This document shows positions 22,165 to 31,970 of a stretch of DNA of 40,582 nt, piece after piece (the stretch's first letter is position 1; each line of letters starts with the position of its first letter). Source of the DNA: Stramenopiles sp. TOSAG23-3 (Eukaryota); assembly GCA_900128585.1 (NCBI GenBank), contig LT642181.1, positions 1-40,582 on the forward strand, given 5' to 3'. The notes below the pieces were generated by a model, which did not search any database, had not been told where the DNA came from, and worked only from the letters and a program-made list of their open reading frames with translations. The translations under genes and the position numbers were made by a program.

Positions 22165-22667
22165 CAAGGGTTGAGATGCTTGGTTGGCTATTTGGAAAAT
22201 GATGACAAGAGTCGCGTAAAATGGCCAACAGGTCAGGCGTTGGAGGATCTGGAAAAGGATATAAAACGGTTCATTGAATATATTCACCATGACGAAAAGG
22301 TTTTTATTCGAAGATTGAAATGCTATGTACCCAGTGTGGCATGGAAGGTGATTGTGCCAGGCGGACCCCAACGACCACGCGGACCTCAGCGACCACGCGG
22401 ACCCCCTGGACTTCGAAAACGACGGCCTTGAGAGTCCAGTCCCAACTGAGAGTGTAATTTGTAGATGGATGCAAAATCCGAATGCAAACATCCGCCAATA
22501 TTTGGAAGGCCAATGCTAACTATAATGGCTGGCTGCATGGACATTACCGATGCAATTTGTTGGCGTATTCGTTCGATGGTAAAATAATCCATGCAGGATT
22601 AGATTACTTGGGTTCGACACATGATTGTGCCATGACGGAAGATTGCGATTTAATTCCTCTGTTATAA
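22165..22667 (+). mobile_element. PIF/Harbinger-like (DDE_Tnp_4) transposase catalytic-core fragments, interrupted
   Basis: GLRCLVGYLENDDKSRVKWPT then FVDGCKIRMQTSAN…NYNGWLHGHY…LAYSFDGKIIHAGLDYLGSTHD; separated by unrelated collagen-like stretch and stops. Confidence 0.8.
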
Positions 22668-22669
22668 AT

Positions 22670-22806
22670 CTCATAACAATAACCCATTTTGTGCCGTAGT
22701 CTTTCAACGAAAGCTGTTTCTTATATAGGGGTTTTCCCCCGTAGACCAAGTAGTCTGTCCCCTGCCATCCTTTCTTGTCTCTTAAAACTCGGTACCATAT
22801 ATACAA
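22670..22806 (-). pseudogene. Ubiquitin-like domain fragment
   Basis: LRDKKGWQGTDYLVYGGKPLYKKQLSLKDYG parallels ubiquitin IQDKEG…RLIFAGKQLEDGRTLSDY. Confidence 0.5.
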
Positions 22807-23499
22807 TTTGTTTTTCTACTCGGTATACCAATCATCATCAAAACTTTTGTGCGAGCCACGCGAACAACTTCTTTGAATTCTTCGAATTCTAGTGCTCGCG
22901 CATCACGAGCTGGAGCGTGTATACTAACGTTTTCATTGTTTGCTGCCATGAGCAAACATTTTTCGATCTCTCCATTCTTTTTTTCTTGCTTTTTTGTCAA
23001 TGCCAGTCCTATTTAAAGACTTGGAATTGAAATCAAGAAAATCTGTTGCTAACAAACTTTTCAATTTCAATCGTAAACTTTCATTTGCCACCGTACTCTG
23101 CAACACTGGATGCTGTGGGTATTTCTTATCAATAGTATCGTAATGATAAACTACACTAGCATACCAGATTCTTGGTGGTTCTGCTTTTGCAGATGTCGAT
23201 GGGGTGATATCGCTAACAGATTCGTACTTAGTCTGATGGGGGCTGAACTTGTTTCAATGCGAATTGCACAAACGTCTTCAAACGAAGTTGACAACAAAAG
23301 AAGATATTCAGACAAAACAAATTTGAGTTAACGGCATCAGTTCTTTTGGGATAACGTCCGTGTTGTCTGGGGCAGCTTGATACAGCTGTGTAAGCACTTG
23401 CATTAACGACGAAATTTTGTTTTGCAACGTTTCACTTACAAGCCTTGCTTCAGTCTTGGCAACGGAATAGAAGCTTTCCTTTCCGCGGTTTTCACCTTT

Positions 23500-23661
23500 G
23501 GCTTTTTTTACGAAAAATTCTTTTTGCTCGTCAGTAGCCTGTTCCATGAGCTTGTTAAACTTTACCCAATCTTGGTAGGCGGCGTTCTTGTTCATCAAAT
23601 CAGCTTCCGCTTTTCTTTTCTTTTGGTTCTTGTTGAGGTGTTTGCTTTGTTCGAACAACAA
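23500..23661 (-). pseudogene. Possible Harbinger ORF1 (Myb/NAM-associated) C-terminal fragment
   Basis: KKRKAEADLM…KLMEQATDEQKEFFVKK; weak resemblance, no ATG start. Confidence 0.3.
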
Positions 23662-24165
23662 AAATCACATATATCCTTAATACGTTGATTTGTACACTGA
23701 AATAGTGTTGTAATGTTGTGACGCTGTATTATTTCGTTTTGTTTTTAGTTGTTCAAAGCTGCCCAAAAACTAAAACTTTTCATAAATCGATATTTGTCGG
23801 ACTTGTAAGGAAAACAGCCACAAAACAACAAAACGGAATTATTTTTACCAATGCTCTGTCCTGCTTGAAAAAAGTAGTCATTTTTTTTTCTCTTTTTTTT
23901 TTTTCACAGCTTTTTGAGTTATAAATATCACGAATCCATCCATTACCTTGGTAGTTGTAAATAAATAGTGCATTTAATACATTTAATAATATATTCATAT
24001 AGGTAATTATAATAATATTACTATACTAATTTAATATTATTTGTATTTTTTGTGACACAGTATACGATGTCAGTGTAGTATTTGTATGAGATGTTTGTTA
24101 TTTTTTTGATCTTAATTATTATTATTTATTGTGAAAAACCTTTAAAATATATTTTTACCTAAAAT

Positions 24166-24834
24166 TTAAAATACCATATCATGTGGGGCATCGGCTTTGG
24201 ACAAAGAGAAACGTGCGTGCAAGTAATCTTTTAAGCCTTCAACCTTCTGGGCGGCGGCAATGATTGGGCCGTCGACCTTGGTTTGCAGGGCTTTCCTGTC
24301 GTCCGAAATGCTAACTTCTGGGATTTTTCCGGCGGCCAAGAATTCGGCCTCGGCATCAGCGGCGGCGCCGGAGCTAGCACGTTTGAAGAATTTATCTTCC
24401 ACGTTGGCAACTGTACTGACATCAACATCCACGGTGGTGGAGGTGGCAATGACATAGGCTTGGTTCACGCGACGCAATGGAACACCGTTGAATTTGAATG
24501 GGCCAGTGACGAGCAAAAGTCCAGATGGCAATTGCTTCAAGAAAACAACACGCTTGCCACGGTGGCGGCCGGCCAACAAGATAAGTACACTTCCCTGTTT
24601 AATGGAGCCACGAAGCTTGGCTGACTTTGGGGTGTGCTTGCGAGTCTTGCGGATGGTGGCGTCATCGGAGGCGTAGAATTTGCCGACTTTCTTCTCTGCT
24701 GGGGCAGCCTTGGCTTTTGGGGCCTGCTTCTTGAACCTAAGTTTACCGTTCTTGAATTTGCGGCCGGCAACTTGCGACTTCGACAGACGGTTGATACCGT
24801 TGTGAAACTGGGATTGCTTTTGGATCTTTGGCAT
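24166..24834 (-). CDS. RPL6: 60S ribosomal protein L6 (eL6)
   Basis: LRGSIKQGSVLILLAGRHRGKRVVFLKQLPSGLLLVTGPFKFNGVPLRRVNQAYVIATST; ends PHDMVF. Confidence 0.97.
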   Translation of the reverse strand: MPKIQKQSQFHNGINRLSKSQVAGRKFKNGKLRFKKQAPKAKAAPAEKKVGKFYASDDATIRKTRKHTPKSAKLRGSIKQGSVLILLAGRHRGKRVVFLKQLPSGLLLVTGPFKFNGVPLRRVNQAYVIATSTTVDVDVSTVANVEDKFFKRASSGAAADAEAEFLAAGKIPEVSISDDRKALQTKVDGPIIAAAQKVEGLKDYLHARFSLSKADAPHDMVF

Positions 24835-26267
24835 AGTGATTCTTTTCGAGTAGATGTATTAATATATATGTATGTATATTCTCAAAAACTGTTTGGTATT
24901 TTTTTAGTACCGATTGGACGTTGATCGTTTAGAAATATTTACCTCCAAACGCACATACCTTCTTTCATAAAACCATGGTCACTACAATAAAATACACAAT
25001 AGAAAAACGTTTGATCAAAATAAAGAATATCGATCTCCCAACGAAGGAAGAAAGATGCCAACAGAACGCTCTTTCCCCTCCCTGTGTTTATATATAACAA
25101 CAACAAAAAGAAGAGAAGGATAAATACTAGATAATAACACAATAATACATCGGACAGCATAGAATATCATGGATTTAATTGCCTGTCCACCAATTTAATG
25201 TTGGTGTTAAAATTATAAATATATTCATACTATTTGTATGTTAAATGAATTGTTGTAACTCCCGTTTCTGGTTTGTTTTTCCGAAAGCATCAAAAACTCA
25301 TCTGTTTTGTTACATAGGAATACAATAGAATAACAAACATTAATATAGGCATAGTATCCAATAGATGAATGGTGAGTAATGCTTCTCGTTCAATGTTGTT
25401 GATCGATTCTATTGTTTTGCTATTATTTACCTATTAAATAAATGTTGTAAATGATAGATACCATCATTACCATATAGTTCATATGCTGTCTTTATATTAA
25501 TCCTTACGTTACATCTATACACCATAGATTATTGTGTTAATCCTACGAACGCTGAATTTTATAATAAAAATAAGGTTCATCCGTTCCAAAGGATTCATAT
25601 TTTTTCATTGTCCTGTTATCATTATAAATCATTGAAAACAAATTTAGTTAAAACCCAAACTATTTCAAACAAAATATAACTATTTCCTGAATTGTTATGT
25701 TAATTTAGTTTCTCTCCTTTCTTTCTTATTGGCACGTGGTGTTGAAATAATAGTTCAATATGTTTCCATTATGAATAGACATACTTTGTGTTCAACTTTT
25801 GTTGTTAATTAGGGAGGGACTGGACGAAAGAAAGTAACACGCCAGAAGAAAGGTTGGTGTCTATAAGATTAAGGATACGTATATTTTAAATATTCCCCCC
25901 CCCCCCTCCTCCTTCCTCCTTCCTCCGTCCTTCTTGATTCTTGAAAGATTTGTTGTTGTTTTTTTGTTATTGTTTTGTTGATTGACCCACATTCTTCATA
26001 TTTTCTTCATTCATTCATCAACCAACAACAAATCAATAATAAAATATTCTTCATTCAAAATAAATATAATATTATTTAAATTATTATTATAGAAACTATA
26101 TAAAAAATCAACATTTAAAGGTGCTTAAGTTTTGTTCTATTGTTTAAATTATATACCGTTTACTTTTTTTGTTCATTGCTTTTCAGTGCACTGGAGAAGA
26201 TACATACGCATGCCTACATACATACATACATACACCCGCACGCACGCACGTACAGTTGTGTGTTAGG

Positions 26268-26762
26268 ATGTCTTCCTTTGGCGATTTAGAATATTACGTA
26301 CGGGAACAATTTGAAATGTTGGTTAAAGCGGTGCCCGGGGGGTTAACCCCCCGGGCACACTTGGAGGCACTAGCTGGCTACGCGATGTCGGACTATGAGT
26401 ATTACGTCTCTGTAATGGGTTTGTTAGGGACGTTTGGGCTATTAGTTGTGGTATGGGGCTGCCGTATCTGCCGCGAAGGGGAACTAGCCGATAAATCCGC
26501 CGCGAGGGGCAACGCGGGCACGGCGGCAGCAAGCAGGGGCGAGCCCGGAGCGGAAACTAGCGTGTCAGATGTTCAAGAGTTGCAACGAATCTTGGAAAGC
26601 CGGCTTAACACCTTGACAAGTACAACGAAAGAGATAGACAAGCAGCTCGACCGGTTGGATAAAATGGTAGACAAGCGAGAGCGAGACAGGAATGCTTGGC
26701 AAAACTGGTTGCCGTTGATCGTATCGACGTGCGCTTTCGTCATCGCCTTGCGACGCCGATGA
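26268..26762 (+). CDS. Small hypothetical membrane protein (TM - coiled coil - C-terminal TM)
   Basis: ATG 26268 MSSFGDLE; two hydrophobic segments flanking a heptad region; an upstream exon cannot be excluded. Confidence 0.65.
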   Translation: MSSFGDLEYYVREQFEMLVKAVPGGLTPRAHLEALAGYAMSDYEYYVSVMGLLGTFGLLVVVWGCRICREGELADKSAARGNAGTAAASRGEPGAETSVSDVQELQRILESRLNTLTSTTKEIDKQLDRLDKMVDKRERDRNAWQNWLPLIVSTCAFVIALRRR

Positions 26763-27008
26763 TCAATGCGTGCCATTGCAAATGAAAAACGCGCCACCGC
26801 ATGTAAACGTGTACATAAATTATTTAAAAATGAACCTGGTTCAGTTTATCTAAATCATAAGCAAATGTTCCCATTTGATTTGTACATAATAAAGACTCTT
26901 AAAACATACTATATATAATTTGTTTTTTTGCCGGGCATCTACAAAACAATAATAGCCACTGTCTCAAACAATTTTACGATAGTTTGAATGATGAATACGA
27001 ATACGCCC

Positions 27009-27075
27009 NNNNNNNNNNNNNNNNNNNNNNNNNNNNNNNNNNNNNNNNNNNNNNNNNNNNNNNNNNNNNNNNNNN
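27009..27075. other. Assembly gap (67 N)
   Basis: Run of N. Confidence 1.
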
Positions 27076-27271
27076 TCTTGAACGGTTTTACCTTCTTTTT
27101 TCTTTTCTTTTTTGAGAGTCTTAAAACATACTATATAATTTGTTTTTTTATAATTTGTTTTTTTTATAAAGACTCTTTCTTTCTTTCCCACATTTGTTTA
27201 TTGCACCACACCCCTTTTTTAATTTGTTTTTGTTTTATTATACACTTTTATATCTTCTTCGTGTACCGGTA

Positions 27272-29020
27272 TCATCGTCGATGAGGATGGTGTTCGCCAC
27301 CACGACGACCACGACGACGCTTTTGCTTCTTGGAATGTTGTCCATCGCGCTTTCCATGTTGCCCACGTTCACCTTCGAATCGTGTTCTCTTCGAACCCTT
27401 TGACGGCGAGGTACGGTTGAAATGGATGGCCATATTTTTCTTCTTCCACGCGTTCTCGTTATCGCAGTAATAGAAGAACAAGCATTGCTCTGTGTATGCA
27501 ATGTTGGTCTCCCCATAAAACTTTTTCAATTTCATCAGTGAGTTGGCCGTGTCGTTCCTCCACGCTTCCTCCCCTTTTTCTGTCGTTTCCTCGAGCATGC
27601 CACTGTGAAACGTTGCAAGGACCCCCAATTCAGCGGTCCAACGGTCAAACTCCCCGTCAAAAGAGGCAGCGTTAAGGTGTTTGATGGCTCGCCGTGCCCA
27701 CTCGACCACGTTTCGGTGGTCGTTGCGACTGTGGGAAATCCCTACTTTCATTATTCTCATTGCGTACCGCAAAGAATGGTAAGGGTGAAGGCAGGACTCT
27801 ATTTCCTTCTGAAATTGGAGCGGGCGGCCCCCTTGAATGCTCTTCCACGCAAGCTTTGCACATTTTTTCTTTGCCTTGTTGCTAGTCGTAGCACTGCCAC
27901 CACCACCTTGCCCATTGAAAAGTTCCATCGCTTCCATTTGCGCGCCGTACATGCCTGCCATGACACGGCCGTGGGCGGAGCGTTCCAGGTCGTACCCTTG
28001 CATGCACCTCCCGCACTGCCAGCCGCTAATATCGCTGCTCTCGTAACGCGGCGTTAACAGCGCACTCCCGCACGCAGCGTCTGGGCAAACCAGACCTTCG
28101 ATCAGCTCTCCAAAACGCGAACCGCCGTCCTCCTCAAGGCGGCAGCGTGGACAGTTGCAAACGAAGTGATAAACGGACTCCAGCTCGGGCTTTCGGTGAG
28201 CAGAGGAAGCGTACAGAGACTCGTAAGTTATGTACACGTGCTCCCCCTCCGGTATGCTCTTGGTCGCTCGCAGCACAAAGTTGGGGCCTGCGTCAAACAA
28301 GTAGTGGGCGTTAGGGTTGCAAGAATGGTTGCAATACGACGCCATCGTGAACAGGCCGACCCCCACGTTTAAATTCCCCAAGTTCATCACAGCGGCCCCG
28401 GTCCATCGCCAGGGAATGGACACCATCATCTCGTTCGCCCGAAACCTTGCTGCTACCAACGCCCACGTCGTCACAGTTCCCGATTCCCCCGCCCGTTTGT
28501 CACCCACTAACGCCAACGCTTGCTTGGCAATGGACACCAGTTCGTCTTGGACGGCCACGGTCTCTTTTGAAAAGTGCTCTTCGAGGTTCATGAGACCAGC
28601 GCGAAACGTTTTCATGCTGGGGCGCGCAGGGTGCGACAATATTCTAACCAAAATTCGCACCTTGGTGGTATCGTCCGGCCCGCCGTCCACGCTTCTAAGC
28701 ACGCTCCCGCCCTTGAAGAGCTGTTTGTGCGCCTGGCATTCCACGCTGTTGTGCAACGGGTCCTTCTGCTTGCGGCACCCCGAGCACAAATACACGGCAC
28801 CGCAGCTCTGGCAAAGTTGCAAGTCAGTCGCACCCCACGGCCGGTCCCTCAAACAACTACCGCAAAACGTTCCATCGACAAGTAAACTGTCCAGAAGGAC
28901 ACCTATTTTATCATGGCTTTCCTTGACGGTCAGCAAGATCTCGCCTGCCTTAACGCCACCAGGTTTGCACACGCAAAGGGATCGCCCCATACTCGCCGTT
29001 TCTACCACCCGCACAGCCAT
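27272..29020 (-). CDS. SET and MYND domain lysine methyltransferase (SMYD-like)
   Basis: MGRSL N-SET, CxxC…CQSCGAVYLC…H…EC MYND, NHSCNPNA, ITY, YHFVCNCPRC post-SET; basic C-tail; ATG 29020. Confidence 0.9.
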   Translation of the reverse strand: MAVRVVETASMGRSLCVCKPGGVKAGEILLTVKESHDKIGVLLDSLLVDGTFCGSCLRDRPWGATDLQLCQSCGAVYLCSGCRKQKDPLHNSVECQAHKQLFKGGSVLRSVDGGPDDTTKVRILVRILSHPARPSMKTFRAGLMNLEEHFSKETVAVQDELVSIAKQALALVGDKRAGESGTVTTWALVAARFRANEMMVSIPWRWTGAAVMNLGNLNVGVGLFTMASYCNHSCNPNAHYLFDAGPNFVLRATKSIPEGEHVYITYESLYASSAHRKPELESVYHFVCNCPRCRLEEDGGSRFGELIEGLVCPDAACGSALLTPRYESSDISGWQCGRCMQGYDLERSAHGRVMAGMYGAQMEAMELFNGQGGGGSATTSNKAKKKCAKLAWKSIQGGRPLQFQKEIESCLHPYHSLRYAMRIMKVGISHSRNDHRNVVEWARRAIKHLNAASFDGEFDRWTAELGVLATFHSGMLEETTEKGEEAWRNDTANSLMKLKKFYGETNIAYTEQCLFFYYCDNENAWKKKNMAIHFNRTSPSKGSKRTRFEGERGQHGKRDGQHSKKQKRRRGRRGGEHHPHRR

Positions 29021-30078
29021 CGCCCCCGTCTCTATATACACACAAGTTTTTTTATTCCACAACCCCAACAAGGCAACGGCCCATCAAGACCCACCAGAAC
29101 GGTTCTGAACCCTACGTGTCGACCGATAGGATTGTAATTTTTAAGAAGATGCTGAACACAATTCCCCAAATTACACAAATCCTTCCTATCCAATGGAAAA
29201 TGTTTCACCAAATCGAAATTCAGATCGTCTTAAACATAAACATCGAACTTATTAAGAAGAAGAACATCTGAATATATAATAATAAAAAATAATAATAATA
29301 ATTAAAAAAATATTATTTGGTAGAAGAAAATATCTTTTTTTATTTGTTGTTGTTGTTTTCTTCTGTCGTCTCTTCTTCGCATTTTGTTTTATATTTGTTT
29401 ATTCATCCTTAATAAAGGAGGATATTCCTCAGCTCGACCTGGTAGTTGTAATAGTATTAATAGGTAATACTTGATGGCATTAAATTTATTATTTTATAGA
29501 TAAGGTACATAATAAAATATCCAATTTATTTAACATAAACACAGCATATTAACAGTTTCTCACCTAATTTAATGGATTCTTCCTTTCTTTCTTTCTTTGT
29601 TTCTTTGTTTCTTTCTTTCTTTCTTTTCTTTCTTTCGACTCCTCTCTTTTTTCTTCTTTCTTCTTTCTTTCGACTCCTCTCTTTCTTCTTCTTTCAATGC
29701 TGTACTTATATATACTTTTTAATAATTAATTTATAATATTAATAATAAAATTCAACTTCAAACAAGACCATCCATCCTTCCTAAAATACATCAACAACAA
29801 ATCTATATACTATTACTATGTATATATAAAATAAAAAAAGAAGAAGAAAGAAGAAGAAGAGTGAGAGCAACATGCAAGTCAAGTCAAGTGTAAAGATAGA
29901 AAAGGATAGTCGTTTCTTTCATTCAACCGCGGATTGATATAGTTGATGATGACATACAAACACAAAAAAGGAGGTAAAAAGAAACAAACGTGTGCATTCT
30001 TTCCTCTGAACCAAACAAAACATAGTTTTAAGAAACATACTCACACATTTTATTAACTCAACAAAATTCATCACCATC

Positions 30079-31245
30079 ATGGTTAGGTTTTCATCTTTAT
30101 TCTTCTCTGCAGCAGCGGTTTGCGTTGCGGTTGGGAACGCTGCCAGCTGGACAAAGGAGAGCGCTTTTGCGTCGGCACTAATTGGTGCGACCATGCCGGA
30201 CGGCAAAACTGCGTTTGTGGCTGGCGGTTCGAATGGCCAGGGCGCGGAATGCTTGAAATCTACGGACAGTGGTGTCACCTGGAACCCAACCGCCATTGGC
30301 AAGTGCTTCATGCTGCTTGACGCCGGGTCCACCTCGGACACGAACGTTGTCATAAACGGTCTTTTCGGAGCCCAGTACACAACCGACGGGAACACGTTCA
30401 AAGGCAGCATTGGCGGAGGCGGCCAAGGCCAATCCGTAGAGGGCTTTGGCAAGAACAACTTTGGCATTGCCGGCGCCTTCGGGGGAGGCGCTGGTGGAGT
30501 TGCCATCTCGACCAACGGCGGGCAATCGTTCAAGGACTTCGGCGTAGGCGCGGCGTTGGACGAAACGCACCCCGTGAGATATGGTGCGTACCCGAGCGAA
30601 ACCACTTGGTACGTCAGTGCCGGTGCCTGGCCGTCCAACCCATCGTATGGCTCGGACGAGAAATCGTTGCTGATCAAGCAAGTGTCTGAGCTTGTCCAGA
30701 TCCGCCAGTGCCGAAAAACTGGCAAACAGTTCTACAAGTACATCGACCCCCAGGAGTTGCGTGCCAACTCCAACAACATCACCGGGTACCACTCGGCGAT
30801 TGCCAAGACCACAGATGGAGGAAAGACGTTCACCAAAGTCTTCCAGAAAGACAACGCCTGCATGTACTTCAACGACATCAGCTGCGCGAACGAAAACGTT
30901 TGCATTGCTGCTGCCGAGGGGCACAACTGTGCCACGCCAGGGGCCCACTTCTACATGACGCACGATGGCGGCAAAACCTGGAATTCCACTGGCTCGGACG
31001 CCGGTGGCGGTGCGATGGGCTGCAAGATGGTCAACGAGAAAGAGGGATGGATCGCCGGTGGTGGCGCCAACAAGATCGGCCTGATGGAAGGTCGTTTCTT
31101 TCACACAATGGACGGAGGAATGACCTGGGAAAAGGAAATCGTTGACGGCATTATCAGTCTTGGATTGGACTGTGGAGATGCGGACAACTGCGTTGCCACT
31201 GCTGTCACCAACACCCAACAAGCTACAGTTGCCTACTACAAATAG
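30079..31245 (+). CDS. Secreted BNR/Asp-box repeat beta-propeller protein
   Basis: Signal peptide; five Asp boxes STDSGVTW, STNGGQSF, TTDGGKTF, THDGGKTW, TMDGGMTW. Confidence 0.85.
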   Translation: MVRFSSLFFSAAAVCVAVGNAASWTKESAFASALIGATMPDGKTAFVAGGSNGQGAECLKSTDSGVTWNPTAIGKCFMLLDAGSTSDTNVVINGLFGAQYTTDGNTFKGSIGGGGQGQSVEGFGKNNFGIAGAFGGGAGGVAISTNGGQSFKDFGVGAALDETHPVRYGAYPSETTWYVSAGAWPSNPSYGSDEKSLLIKQVSELVQIRQCRKTGKQFYKYIDPQELRANSNNITGYHSAIAKTTDGGKTFTKVFQKDNACMYFNDISCANENVCIAAAEGHNCATPGAHFYMTHDGGKTWNSTGSDAGGGAMGCKMVNEKEGWIAGGGANKIGLMEGRFFHTMDGGMTWEKEIVDGIISLGLDCGDADNCVATAVTNTQQATVAYYK

Positions 31246-31970
31246 ATTAAAACAAATATTCGCAGCAGGAACTGATCTCTAATACCGACCGACCATTTTT
31301 TTATTAATAATTTTAACAACTCTTCTTTTATTATTACAGATTTTATTTATTAATTATTATTATTTTTTTGTTGAAAACGGTTAAATTGTTTCAATGCTGT
31401 GACTATATATTTATTTGAATTCTACTTGTTGGACTTCTTGAACTAGTATCATAAAATAAGGAAACGTATCTACAAAACCCCTATTTTATGATTTATTTGT
31501 AATTGTATTCATAGTATAGGTATAATGTGTTACCTATCTAATATAAACTATTGTAGTTGTATTAATAATATATGTATTTAATATTATCCTATCTATAATA
31601 TATCGAATTGATATTATACATTGTATAGTATGGATTTTAAAATGATATAATGTACTTAAATTGTTATCAAAATTAAAATAAAAATTAATTAATAATAAAA
31701 AATTATGATGTAAAATATTTTAATAATAATATTAATAATAATGATACAATAAAACAAAACAATTATTCGGCGCCGGCGGTATTTTTATTTTGTACTTCTT
31801 TCTGCTGTTCATTCGTGTTCAGAGAAGAACGAGATCTTTCTGTTTGTATTGGGTAATATTTTTGCTCTCAAGAGTGTCCTTTCTTTTTGTTTCACTTTGG
31901 GGGTTGAGTCCAATTCCTTTTGTTGCTTAAATATTTACAACAAGGCATACGCCTGCGTGTGGTTTGAACG

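Noticed and set aside
20900-23960. Single intact Harbinger transposon
   Set aside because: No TIRs/TSD found by eye; fragments are redundant, scrambled and on both strands
24841-24960. 5'-UTR intron of RPL6 (GTATGT/GTAAAT…AAG on minus strand)
   Set aside because: Plausible but untestable without transcripts
26893-27150. ~35-bp direct repeat flanking the N gap; ATGATGA C-box at ~26988
   Set aside because: Probably scaffolding or haplotype overlap; a snoRNA cannot be assessed across the gap
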